DNA of 64,000 nt from Clostridia bacterium (GTDB lineage Bacteria; Bacillota; Clostridia; TANB77; CAG-465): NCBI GenBank assembly GCA_028692955.1, contig JAQUWH010000001.1:65496-129495 (forward strand), written 5' to 3'. The position numbers were made by a program, and so were the translations under genes. Positions 50,727 through 60,546 of the stretch are shown here, piece by piece; position 1 is the stretch's first letter, and every line of letters starts with the position of its first letter. The notes below the pieces were generated by a model. The model made no database searches. It was not told the DNA's origin and saw only the letters and a list, made by a program, of their open reading frames with translations.

Positions 50727-51380
50727 TTACATATGAAGCACATAGCATAATACGGCAATAAAATGAAGGATAGATCCAACTAGTACAAATAAATGCCATA
50801 TAGAATGGAAATATTTTACCTTTTTAATGGCATAAAAAATAACACCAATTGTATAGAATAAGCCACCAATTATCAAAAGATAAAGGCAATACATCATATT
50901 AAGTGATTGGAATACCTCAATTAAATCAGGCATTAAAATAGAGAGAGCCCAACCCATTAAAAGATAGGATACAATATTAAATATTTTTACTTTTTGTCTA
51001 AAAATACTATATAAAACAGTTCCCAAAACAGCAATAAATAAAAGAGACCAAAAGACAATCCATGGTTTTGCACCATAACCCTTTAATACAGTAAAAATAT
51101 ATGGTACAAAGGAACCAATAATAAGAATGTACACAGATGAGTGATCTATTATTCTCAAGACTCTTTTTGCTTTTTCATTGGTAATAGCATGATAAAGTGT
51201 AGACATGGTGTAGAGTATAATTAAAGTAATGCCATAAATTGCCATACCAGCAATGTCAATGGTTGTTCCACCATTAATGACAGTGAGTACTAATAAAGCA
51301 GTCAGGGCTGCTATGGATAGAGCAGCACCGATACCATGTGTTATAGCATTAAAAATTTCTTCACCTAAAGAATATAACAT
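50727..51380 (-). CDS. Hemolysin-III/PAQR-family membrane protein
   Basis: Seven TM helices. HAITNEKAKRVLRIIDHSS motif. Confidence 0.7.
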   Translation of the reverse strand: MLYSLGEEIFNAITHGIGAALSIAALTALLVLTVINGGTTIDIAGMAIYGITLIILYTMSTLYHAITNEKAKRVLRIIDHSSVYILIIGSFVPYIFTVLKGYGAKPWIVFWSLLFIAVLGTVLYSIFRQKVKIFNIVSYLLMGWALSILMPDLIEVFQSLNMMYCLYLLIIGGLFYTIGVIFYAIKKVKYFHSIWHLFVLVGSILHFIAVLCYVLHM

Positions 51381-51392
51381 TTATCAATCCTC

Positions 51393-52652
51393 CTAAAGTA
51401 TTACTACTTTAATAAATACTTTTTTACCTTTTTTTACAATCAAGGTATTATTTTTAAAGTCGTTATCCATTGTTAGATTATGTTTTGGGTCTGTTATTTT
51501 TTTCTCATTAATTGATATTCCACCTTGCTCTACTAGAGTTCTTGCTTGCCCTTTTGACGGTAATAAATTGATTTTTACTAATAAGTCAATTATATTAATT
51601 GAATGATTAGCATCAAAATCAGATTCAGCTATTGTTTCTGTTGGCATATTTTCAGAAGAACTAGTGTTTTCAAATAGGCTTTCTGCCGTTTGTTTTGATG
51701 CGAGAGCTGCTTCTTCACCATGTATTAATTTGGTGATTTCAAAAGCGGCAATTTTTTTAGCTTCATTTATTTTTTCTCCCTCAAGATTTGCTAATTTTTT
51801 GATTTCATCCATTGGTAAGAAAGTAAGCATTCTTAACACATCATATACTTCATTATCTTGTATATTTCTCCAGTATTGGTAAAATTCATATGGAGTTGTT
51901 TTTTTTGCATCAAGCCAAAGTGCTCCATTTACTGTTTTACCCATCTTTTTGCCTTCAGAATTTAGTAATAAAGGACATGTAATACAAAAACTTCCATTTT
52001 GATGTATTTTACGAATAAGATTAACACCCGCAAGCATATTTGACCATTGATCGTCACCACCGATTTCAACTTTACATCCTTTGTTCTCGAATAAATGTAA
52101 AAAATCAAAACTTTGCATCAACATGTAATTTAATTCAAAGAAAGTAAGACCTTTTTCCATACGTTGTTTAAAACATTCGGCATCTAACATCCTATTAACA
52201 TTAAAATGAACTCCATAGGTGCGAATAAAATCCATATAATTCAAATCTAAAATCCAATCACCATTATTGACAATAACAGCTGCATTTTCTCCTTCAAAGG
52301 ATATAAATTTGCTTACTTGCTTAATAATATTATCAACATTATGAGCAATTTCTTCATTGGTAAGCATTTTTCTCATATCCGTTTTTCCACTTGGGTCACC
52401 AATAAAAGCTGTACCACCACCCACTAGTATAATAGGAGTATGTCCGCATTTTTGAAAATATGACATCATCATCAGTGGTATAAAATGTCCTATATGAATA
52501 CTATCTGCTGTTGGATCTATACCAAGATATACATGAGTTTTTTCTTCATTTGCTAATTTTTTAAATTCATTTTCATAGGTGATTTGTTTAATTAAATCTC
52601 TTTCTTTTAGTACATCGTAGATTGATTTATTCTTAAAATCTATATTGTTCAT
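51393..52652 (-). CDS. tyrS: Tyrosyl-tRNA synthetase with C-terminal S4 domain
   Basis: HIGH (DSIHIGH). KMSKS variant (KKMGKT). S4-like C-terminus. GGAGG RBS 6 nt before the ATG at 52652. Confidence 0.85.
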   Translation of the reverse strand: MNNIDFKNKSIYDVLKERDLIKQITYENEFKKLANEEKTHVYLGIDPTADSIHIGHFIPLMMMSYFQKCGHTPIILVGGGTAFIGDPSGKTDMRKMLTNEEIAHNVDNIIKQVSKFISFEGENAAVIVNNGDWILDLNYMDFIRTYGVHFNVNRMLDAECFKQRMEKGLTFFELNYMLMQSFDFLHLFENKGCKVEIGGDDQWSNMLAGVNLIRKIHQNGSFCITCPLLLNSEGKKMGKTVNGALWLDAKKTTPYEFYQYWRNIQDNEVYDVLRMLTFLPMDEIKKLANLEGEKINEAKKIAAFEITKLIHGEEAALASKQTAESLFENTSSSENMPTETIAESDFDANHSINIIDLLVKINLLPSKGQARTLVEQGGISINEKKITDPKHNLTMDNDFKNNTLIVKKGKKVFIKVVIL

Positions 52653-52792
52653 AAAAAACCTCCATAAAAATTTAAAGTAAAAATAGTATATCACATTTTT
52701 TGTAGTATTTAAAGCATATATATGAAAATATCTTTGTTTTTTGCAAAAACTATGGTATAATTAATACGTACATAGAGAGGTGTTGATTAAGA

Positions 52793-53347
52793 TTGGCAAA
52801 CAATATGCAAGAAAAGAAAAATGGATTTTTGAGAAGAATATTTAGGAAATTATATCCAACCTACCGCTATGATAAAGTTGAAAATATTCCTTATTCTTTG
52901 ATTGAAAAAAATGGTATCAAACTTATTATGATTGATATGGATAATACCATTATAGATTATGCAAAACGTGAATATAGCAAAGAAATGAAAGAGTGGGCAG
53001 AAAGAATGAAAAGAAATAATGTGAAATTATATATTCTTAGTAATTCTATGCTTGGCAAACAAGTAAAAAAGATAGCAAATGAACTGGGCATGAAGTATTA
53101 TTACAACGCAGGTAAACCATTTTTAAGAGGATTTACGAGTATACAAGAAAAAGAAAAAATACAAAAAGAAAATATGTTAATGATAGGTGACCAAATTTTT
53201 ACTGATGTATGGGGTGGAAATAGATTTGGAATTCAAACGATCTTGGTAAAACCTATTAATTTAAAAGAGAGCATTCATACTAAATTTAAAAGACCGTTTG
53301 AAAAAATTGTATTAAAACGAATGAATAAAAAGGGAGTTAAACAATAA
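52793..53347 (+). CDS. YqeG-family HAD phosphatase
   Basis: HAD motif I IDMDNT. Motif IV GDQIFTDVWGGN. Confidence 0.65.
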   Translation: MANNMQEKKNGFLRRIFRKLYPTYRYDKVENIPYSLIEKNGIKLIMIDMDNTIIDYAKREYSKEMKEWAERMKRNNVKLYILSNSMLGKQVKKIANELGMKYYYNAGKPFLRGFTSIQEKEKIQKENMLMIGDQIFTDVWGGNRFGIQTILVKPINLKESIHTKFKRPFEKIVLKRMNKKGVKQ

Positions 53348-54102
53348 TGGAATATATTTCGTATTGTGTCGCTAGTATACTAGCGTTCGTATTTGGACAG
53401 CTTGTGAATCATTTGAATAAGAAATTACCACCTGTTGTTGCTGAAGAAATAGGCTACAAAGAATTCTTTAAAAGTTTAAAAACAGATTTTAAAATAGATA
53501 TATTCTTTAGTATGATATTTATCATATTATTCAACTCATTTATTTACTTTTTAGGAAGTCACCTTAATTCTTACTTATACATGTTAATTTGTCCTGCATT
53601 GGCGGTTACATTTACAATTGATTTGAAGATCCAACTCATTCCTGACGAAGTACATGTATTAATTGCATTTGTGGGGATAATCAATTTATTGTTTCATATA
53701 GGAAATTGGTGGAACTATTTACTGGGTGCAGCAATTGGTGGTGCTATATTTTGGGGACTTGGTATGTTATCCTTACTAATCTTTAAAAAAGAAGGTATGG
53801 GATTTGGCGATGTAAAACTAATGGCTGCTTTAGGGCTGTTATTTGGAATTAAATATATATTAGTTATTGCGTTGCTTTCATTTTTCTTTGGTGCTATTAT
53901 TGGTGGAATTGTTTTAATTGCTAAGAAAAAAGAAAATGATGGCTATATCCCATTTGGGCCATTTATTGTAATTGGTGTTTTGATCGTCATTTTTATTCCA
54001 GCAGATGAGATTATTAATATATATATTACTTTTTGTAGTTGGCTTGGTATGAAGATGTCAGATTTTGTATATTATATCATGACAAAATTTAATATGGTAT
54101 AA
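53347..54102 (+). CDS. Type IV prepilin peptidase (A24 family)
   Basis: Catalytic region GMGFGDVKLMAALGLLFG. Polytopic membrane protein. Confidence 0.75.
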   Translation: MEYISYCVASILAFVFGQLVNHLNKKLPPVVAEEIGYKEFFKSLKTDFKIDIFFSMIFIILFNSFIYFLGSHLNSYLYMLICPALAVTFTIDLKIQLIPDEVHVLIAFVGIINLLFHIGNWWNYLLGAAIGGAIFWGLGMLSLLIFKKEGMGFGDVKLMAALGLLFGIKYILVIALLSFFFGAIIGGIVLIAKKKENDGYIPFGPFIVIGVLIVIFIPADEIINIYITFCSWLGMKMSDFVYYIMTKFNMV

Positions 54103-54117
54103 AGGAGAGAAATAAAA

Positions 54118-54786
54118 ATGAAAATAACAAAATTTCATCAATCTTGTCTTTTAATAGAAGCAAATGATAAAAGAATTTTAGTAGATCCAGGAGATATTGC
54201 TTATACTGATGAAATGTTAGAAAAATATTGGACCAATATAGATTGTATTTTGGTAACACACAAACACAATGACCATTGCTATGCAGAAGTGATTAATCGA
54301 ATAATAGGACGTGATGAGGCAAAATTATATGTAACATTCGAAACATTAGAAAACCAGTCTTTATATGGCGCCGAAATTGTAAAACAAGGAGATATTATTG
54401 TTCTTGGTAAAGTTAAAATAGGTGTAGTAAGAGCAGAACATGGGTATTTACCTCCTATGAAAAATAAAGGGGAAGTAAGAGAAAATGTTGGATATATAAT
54501 AGATGCTGAGGGCAAGAGCGTCTATATTACAAGCGATACGACCTGTTTTAAGAATGGATATACTTGCGATGTGATTTGTATGCCTTTTAATGGAAATGGT
54601 CTTACTATGGGGATATATGATGGTATTTTGTTTGCAAAAGCAACAACAGCAAAGAGTGTTATACCAGTACATCTTGAACATCCTCTACAAGTGATGAATG
54701 TGGACTTAGAAAAACTTAAAAATAGTGTGGAAGAAGCAGGAATGGAATATCATTTTCTTGATATTGGAGAAAGTTTTGAAATATAA
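54118..54786 (+). CDS. MBL-fold metallo-hydrolase
   Basis: THKHNDH motif and beta-lactamase fold signatures. Confidence 0.6.
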   Translation: MKITKFHQSCLLIEANDKRILVDPGDIAYTDEMLEKYWTNIDCILVTHKHNDHCYAEVINRIIGRDEAKLYVTFETLENQSLYGAEIVKQGDIIVLGKVKIGVVRAEHGYLPPMKNKGEVRENVGYIIDAEGKSVYITSDTTCFKNGYTCDVICMPFNGNGLTMGIYDGILFAKATTAKSVIPVHLEHPLQVMNVDLEKLKNSVEEAGMEYHFLDIGESFEI

Positions 54787-54819
54787 TAAAATAAGTTCAG
54801 TAAGAAAAGAGGGCTTTGT

Positions 54820-55071
54820 ATGAGTAAAAAAACTACCATTCGTTTACTGATGATTATACCTATTGTCGCTATATTACTAACACTAATGATATTAATTGAT
54901 TTTAATAGAGTTATTCAAAATATTGAGCCCATGTTTTGTATTATTAAAAATGTGTATGAAGATGGTGGTACGAAAGAGTATATAGGGATTGGCTATAAAA
55001 TATTTGATTACAAAAAAATAGAAAAGGAAAGAGTAGTGAAAATAGGTAGTATATTTTCACAATATGAATAA
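54820..55071 (+). CDS. Small membrane-anchored hypothetical protein
   Basis: 83-aa ORF with an N-terminal TM. Confidence 0.4.
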   Translation: MSKKTTIRLLMIIPIVAILLTLMILIDFNRVIQNIEPMFCIIKNVYEDGGTKEYIGIGYKIFDYKKIEKERVVKIGSIFSQYE

Positions 55072-55082
55072 GGAGGAAAGAT

Positions 55083-56342
55083 ATGAAGATACCAGAATTA
55101 CTAGCTCCTGCTGGCAGTATAGAAAAAGCAAAAATCGCCTTTATGTATGGCGCTGATGCGGTATATGCTGGAACAGCTAAGCTATCTCTTAGGTCAAGAG
55201 CAGAACTTAACATTGACACTTTATCAGAAACAATAGAGTATGCTCATAGTATAGGGAAAAGGGTGTATGTTGCGTTAAATATTTATGCACATGATGAAAA
55301 CTATGCTGATATAGAGTCTGAAGTGAAAAGATTAAAGGAGATTGGCGCTGATGCAATCATTGCAAGTGATGTCGGAGTCATTGCAAAGATAAAAGAAATT
55401 GCACCAGATATGCAAATTCATATTAGTACACAAGCCAATACCGTTAGTTTAGAATCAGCAAAATTTTGGCATCAATATGGGGCAAAAAGGATTATACTGG
55501 CAAGAGAGTTGAGTAAAGAAAAAATACAATATATTATGGAAAATAAGCCAAAGGATTTAGAAATAGAAATGTTTATACATGGTGCTATTTGTTTTGCTTA
55601 TTCCGGAAGATGCTATTTGAGTAAATATTTGGCAAACCGATGTGCCAATCTAGGAGACTGCGCGCAAAGTTGTAGATGGCAGTATAACATCACTGCAAGT
55701 GAGGTCAATCATCCAGACAGTGTGATGAATATCGATTTTGATGAAAAAGGTACTTATTTATTTTCATCCAAAGATATGTGTTTAATCCATCAAATTCCAA
55801 CTATCGTGGATATGGGTGTAGATAGTCTAAAAATTGAGGGAAGACTTAAAACGGACTACTACCTTGCTACTGTTGTAAGAGTATATAGACAGGCGATTAA
55901 TGAATATGTAACATTAAAACAAAAAGGAAATGAAAAGGAATTTGATGCAAGCAAATATCTGAATGAATTACTAAAAGTAAAAACAAGAGGATTATCTGAA
56001 TTCTATTTTTCAAATGATAGTAATCAAGATATTCATGATTTGGATGGTAAAAATGAAAATCCAGAATACGAATATGGTGCTAAAATAATCAGTGAGTATG
56101 ATAAACTCGGTAAAAATATCTATATTGTTGAAATAAAGAATAAATTGAGTGTAGGAGATGAGCTAGAAATATTGTATCCAAATAATCTTGATTTAAATAC
56201 ATTCACAATAGAAAAATTGTATAATGAAAAAACGAATGAAAAAATAGAAACAATCAATCCAGGAATTAAGGGTCAATTAGTTAAAATATACATACCATAT
56301 GATAATTTGTGTAAAGATTTGATTATCAGAAGGAAGAAATAG
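55083..56342 (+). CDS. Peptidase U32 family protein
   Basis: U32 motifs (VYVALNIYAHDE, EMFIHGAICFAYSGRCYLS). Confidence 0.8.
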   Translation: MKIPELLAPAGSIEKAKIAFMYGADAVYAGTAKLSLRSRAELNIDTLSETIEYAHSIGKRVYVALNIYAHDENYADIESEVKRLKEIGADAIIASDVGVIAKIKEIAPDMQIHISTQANTVSLESAKFWHQYGAKRIILARELSKEKIQYIMENKPKDLEIEMFIHGAICFAYSGRCYLSKYLANRCANLGDCAQSCRWQYNITASEVNHPDSVMNIDFDEKGTYLFSSKDMCLIHQIPTIVDMGVDSLKIEGRLKTDYYLATVVRVYRQAINEYVTLKQKGNEKEFDASKYLNELLKVKTRGLSEFYFSNDSNQDIHDLDGKNENPEYEYGAKIISEYDKLGKNIYIVEIKNKLSVGDELEILYPNNLDLNTFTIEKLYNEKTNEKIETINPGIKGQLVKIYIPYDNLCKDLIIRRKK

Positions 56343-56353
56343 GGGGAATTTAT

Positions 56354-56839
56354 ATGTTTTGTAGAGAATGTGGTAAAAAAGTAGAAGAGGGAAATAAATT
56401 TTGTACTGGTTGCGGCGCAAAAATCGAACCGATTAAAGTAGTAAAGAAAAAAGAAGTAGAAAAGCCAGTAGAAGTTATTGTAAAGGATGAAAAACAACAA
56501 GAGAGCCAAACAAATAATACAAATCAAGCAACTGAAGTAAAGGATAAAGTAAGTATTGGATTTAATATATTATCATTTTTTGTACCAATTGTAGGTTTAA
56601 TTCTATTTCTAATTTATAGAAAAGAAACACCAAAGAGAGCAAAAGCAATGGGGATTTGTGCTTTAATTGGTTACCTTCTTTGGATGATTATAACGATAGT
56701 ATGTATTGTATTTGCTAATACTAGATATATTAATTACAGATATACGAATCGATATGATAATAATTACAAATATAATTATAACTATGATTACGAATATAGA
56801 TATGACAATAATAAACATCAAAATATATGGTGGGAGTAA
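56354..56839 (+). CDS. Zinc-ribbon membrane protein with a Tyr/Asn-rich repeat tail
   Basis: CRECGKK...CTGCGAK zinc ribbon. Two TM helices. Tail YRYTNRYDNNYKYNYNYDYEYRYDNN. Confidence 0.55.
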   Translation: MFCRECGKKVEEGNKFCTGCGAKIEPIKVVKKKEVEKPVEVIVKDEKQQESQTNNTNQATEVKDKVSIGFNILSFFVPIVGLILFLIYRKETPKRAKAMGICALIGYLLWMIITIVCIVFANTRYINYRYTNRYDNNYKYNYNYDYEYRYDNNKHQNIWWE

Positions 56840-57552
56840 TGAATAGGGATATTTTTCAAAGAACTGAAATTGTGTTAGGGAAAGAGGCAATGGATAGTAT
56901 TATCGATAAGCATGTAGTAATATGCGGCGTTGGTGGAGTAGGTTCTTTTGTAGTAGAAGCTTTAGCAAGAATTGGTGTTGGAAAAATAACAATAATTGAT
57001 AAGGATGTAGTGGATATTACGAATATTAATAGACAAATTATTGCACTAACTAATACTGTTGGCAAAAATAAAGTAGAGGTTGCAAAGGAACGTATTCATA
57101 ATATAAATCCAGACATTACTGTAAATGCAATCATGGCTAATATTACAAAAGTGAATATAGATGAATTTATCAATATAAACGAAAATATCGATTATGTTGT
57201 GGATTGTGTGGATAACGTCGATGCTAAAATAGCAATTATCCTTCAATGTCATCAGGAAAACATACCATGTATATCATGTATGGGAATGGGGAATAAATTA
57301 AATCCTTTAGCCATACGTGTGAATGATATTTACAAAACTACTACTTGCCCTCTTGCAAGAGTGGTTAGAAAACAATTAAAGGCGCTAGGAATCTATAGAC
57401 AAAAAGTTGTATTTTCGCTAGAAGAGCCAATTAAAAATCATACAAAAGACAATACATTAGGTAGCGTATCATTTGTTCCATCTACGGCAGGGCTTATTAT
57501 GGCATCTGAGGTGGTAAGGGATTTGCTAGGGAAATTTATCATCAATAAGTAG
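56839..57552 (+). CDS. tcdA: tRNA threonylcarbamoyladenosine dehydratase (ThiF/MoeB-type E1-like)
   Basis: VVICGVGGVGSF nucleotide-binding motif and IIDKDVVDITNINRQ motif. Confidence 0.75.
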   Translation: MNRDIFQRTEIVLGKEAMDSIIDKHVVICGVGGVGSFVVEALARIGVGKITIIDKDVVDITNINRQIIALTNTVGKNKVEVAKERIHNINPDITVNAIMANITKVNIDEFININENIDYVVDCVDNVDAKIAIILQCHQENIPCISCMGMGNKLNPLAIRVNDIYKTTTCPLARVVRKQLKALGIYRQKVVFSLEEPIKNHTKDNTLGSVSFVPSTAGLIMASEVVRDLLGKFIINK

Positions 57553-57798
57553 GATATATGATATGAAATAAGTCCAAAAAGCATTTAGCATTTTGGACTT
57601 GTTTTAACTATTTTGGGAGTTTTTATTATTACAAGTTACAATATCGCAAGCAGTATTTTTCTCTTTTCTGAATGTATGCACCAGTACAAAACCATAGTAG
57701 TATCTTTTTGTAAATCATACACTAATTTATCAATATCTGATGCTACGAGTGTGAAGCACTGTGTTTTAAGTAAAAAATAAGCAATAGATACATTCTAA

Positions 57799-58425
57799 TT
57801 ATTTTATCACAATACCAAGAATTTTTAAAAAATCTAATGCTTGCACTTCAGTTAAGAGAACTCCTTTAATATCATTGGCATAGACGGTAATGCCATCTAT
57901 GATACAAGTTGATAAATCTATTTTGTTTAAATTAGTATGAGCAAAATTACATAATTTTAAATCACATTCCTTTAAATCAATTTCTTTTAACAATACATTA
58001 CTAATAGAAGAGGAAGTTAGATTAGTATTTGTAAATTCACTTTTTGTTATACTAGCATAATCTAAAAATGCATTAGTAAAATTACAATCTTTAAAATAGA
58101 CATTTTCAAAATAACTATTTTCAAAATTAGTACCAGTTAGTTTGCAATTAATAAAAGAAACTCTTTTAAGGGAACTTCTTGAAAAATCAGTATTACTCAA
58201 ATCACAATTTTCAAAGATACAGTTACTTAAATATATTTTTTCTAGTCTACAATGTATAAAAGTAATGTTTTTTAAAAGGCATTGCTTGATTTCTAATTCG
58301 TTTGAAGTAATGTTGTAAATATCTTGATGTTCTAACATCGCATTTTCAATGATATCCTCTTCTTGTAGAATAGCATTAATATCTTCTATTGATGGCAGTG
58401 AAAGCGGAATTGCAGCCTTTAACAT
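57799..58425 (-). CDS. Pentapeptide-repeat protein
   Basis: Tandem A(D/N)LxF-type pentapeptides (CDLSNTDFSRSSLKRVSFINCKLTGTNFENSYFENVYFKDCNF). Confidence 0.65.
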   Translation of the reverse strand: MLKAAIPLSLPSIEDINAILQEEDIIENAMLEHQDIYNITSNELEIKQCLLKNITFIHCRLEKIYLSNCIFENCDLSNTDFSRSSLKRVSFINCKLTGTNFENSYFENVYFKDCNFTNAFLDYASITKSEFTNTNLTSSSISNVLLKEIDLKECDLKLCNFAHTNLNKIDLSTCIIDGITVYANDIKGVLLTEVQALDFLKILGIVIK

Positions 58426-58602
58426 ATGATATCCTCCTCGTATTTGTATATAAGTATATAATTTTGCAATGAAATTGTCAATATTTTAAAAAAAATTGCA
58501 AATACTATCCATAAAATATCACAAAAGAAAATGTTAGTCTTGCAAAACATTTTTGAGCGTGGTATAATAGAACTATTCACAAAACAAAGAAAGGGTATAA
58601 AA

Positions 58603-59322
58603 ATGTTAGAATTAAAAAATATATGTTTTAAGAGAGATAATAAGCAAATATTAGATCATATTTCGTTTACTATTGATGATAATAAATTGATAGTGATTAC
58701 AGGACCAAATGGTGGAGGTAAATCCACACTTGCTAAAATCATTATGGGAATTGAAAAACCAGATTCTGGTGAGATTATATTAAATGGGGAAAATATAACT
58801 AATCTTTCTATTACGGACAGAGCAAAAAATGGTATAGGGTTTGCTTTTCAACAACCAGTGAAATTTAAAGGGATTACAGTATATGACTTGATCAGCTTAT
58901 CTCTTGGTAAGAAAATAAAATTCTCGGAAGCATGTAATTACTTGTCTGCCGTTGGGTTATGTCCAAGAGATTATATGAACAGAGAAGTGAATGCTTCTCT
59001 TTCTGGTGGCGAATTAAAAAGGATTGAACTTGCTACGGTTGTAGCAAGAAAATCTTCGCTTACCATATTTGATGAACCAGAGGCAGGAATCGATTTGTGG
59101 AGCTTTAGTAGTTTAATTGATGTATTTACCAATATGAAAAAGGAAATATCAGGCTCTATTGTCATTATATCTCACCAAGAAAGAATATTAAATATCGCGG
59201 ATAAGATTATTTTAATCTCCAATGGAAAGATTAAGGAAAGTGGAAGTAAAGAAGAAATACTGCCAAGATTATTAAATAATACAAAATCTTGCAAATTTCT
59301 AAAGGAGGACAATAATGGATAG
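58603..59322 (+). CDS. sufC: Fe-S cluster assembly ATPase SufC
   Basis: Walker A GPNGGGKST. ABC signature LSGGELKR. Walker B. Promoter TTGCAA-17-TATAAT at 58540-58568 lies upstream of the ATG at 58603. Confidence 0.8.
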   Translation: MLELKNICFKRDNKQILDHISFTIDDNKLIVITGPNGGGKSTLAKIIMGIEKPDSGEIILNGENITNLSITDRAKNGIGFAFQQPVKFKGITVYDLISLSLGKKIKFSEACNYLSAVGLCPRDYMNREVNASLSGGELKRIELATVVARKSSLTIFDEPEAGIDLWSFSSLIDVFTNMKKEISGSIVIISHQERILNIADKIILISNGKIKESGSKEEILPRLLNNTKSCKFLKEDNNG

Positions 59323-60244
59323 AAAATTAAATCATTTGGAAAAATTCATGCTAAAAAAAATATCTGATATTGATGATTTTCCTAGTGGAGCATTTAATAT
59401 ACGTGAAAATGGAAAAGGAATCAGAAGAAACACGACTAAAAATATTAATATTGTTTCAAAAGAAGATAAGCAAGGTATTGATATTTTTATTAAAGAAAAT
59501 ACAAAGAATGAAATGGTGCATATACCAGTTATTTTGACAGAAAGTGGATTTACAGATATTGTATATAATGATTTTTATATTGGTAAAAATGCTGATGTTA
59601 CTATTGTTGCTGGATGTGGCATACACAATGATTCTTGTGAAACTTCTGAGCATGATGGTATACATAGATTCTTCCTGGAAGAAGGTGCAAAAGTTAAATA
59701 CATTGAAAAACATTACGGTGATGGTGAAGGAACAGGGAAAAGAATATTAAATCCACAGACAATTATAGAATTAAAAGATGGCAGCTCTTTGGAAATGGAA
59801 ACAGTCCAAATCAAAGGAGTAGATAATGCTATTAGACAGACAAGTGGTAAATTAGGAAATGAAACTAACTTAGTAATTACCGAAAAAATAATGACACATG
59901 GTGCCCAATTTGCAAGAACTGAATTTGATGTTGTACTAGATGGTAAAAATGCTAGTACTCATGTTATATCAAGAGCTGTTGCAAAGGATGCTTCAAAACA
60001 AGAATTTGTGTCCAAAATAGAAGGAAACACAGAATGTTACGGTCATGTTGAGTGTGATGCTATTATTATGGATCATGCAACTGTAAAAGCGATTCCTGAA
60101 ATATTAGCTAACAACATTGATGCTAGATTGATTCATGAAGCTACAATTGGCAAAATAGCAGGAGAACAAATGACAAAGTTAATGACGCTTGGACTTAGTG
60201 ATAAAGAGGCAGAAAGTGAAATTATTAATGGTTTTTTAAAATAA
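59315..60244 (+). CDS. SufB/SufD-family Fe-S assembly protein (short form)
   Basis: SufBD beta-helix C-terminal signature. Overlaps the sufC stop. Confidence 0.7.
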   Translation: MDRKLNHLEKFMLKKISDIDDFPSGAFNIRENGKGIRRNTTKNINIVSKEDKQGIDIFIKENTKNEMVHIPVILTESGFTDIVYNDFYIGKNADVTIVAGCGIHNDSCETSEHDGIHRFFLEEGAKVKYIEKHYGDGEGTGKRILNPQTIIELKDGSSLEMETVQIKGVDNAIRQTSGKLGNETNLVITEKIMTHGAQFARTEFDVVLDGKNASTHVISRAVAKDASKQEFVSKIEGNTECYGHVECDAIIMDHATVKAIPEILANNIDARLIHEATIGKIAGEQMTKLMTLGLSDKEAESEIINGFLK

Positions 60245-60546
60245 ACGAAAAATAACATAGAGAATAATAAAGATTCCTATGTTATTTTGCTATTAAAGCA
60301 TGAAAATAAAAAATCACATTTGTCTTGAAGCTACTTATCATCAACCCTTTCCTTGTTTGTAAAGGAACTCCTAAGTTTTTCTCAAAAATGTAGCCACGCA
60401 TTTTTCTCTGCTTTATTAAAGGATTTGTATTTTCAGTAAAACTTAATATATTATAACTTAAAGTAATTATATATAATTTATATAATTTTTTTCAAATATA
60501 TAGAAAAGTAAATATGCTTGTGATATAATGAAAAAGAGGTATTTAT

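Noticed and set aside
50486-50799. ORFs 50486-50671 (+) and 50533-50799 (-)
   Set aside because: Both overlap the tRNA-Glu(CUC) gene and its promoter and terminator. Their translations are low-complexity.
52653-52792. Looked for a T-box leader upstream of tyrS
   Set aside because: The intergenic region is only about 140 nt and lacks the GGUGGUACCGCG T-box sequence. It contains a plus-strand TTGCAA-17-TATAAT promoter for yqeG instead.
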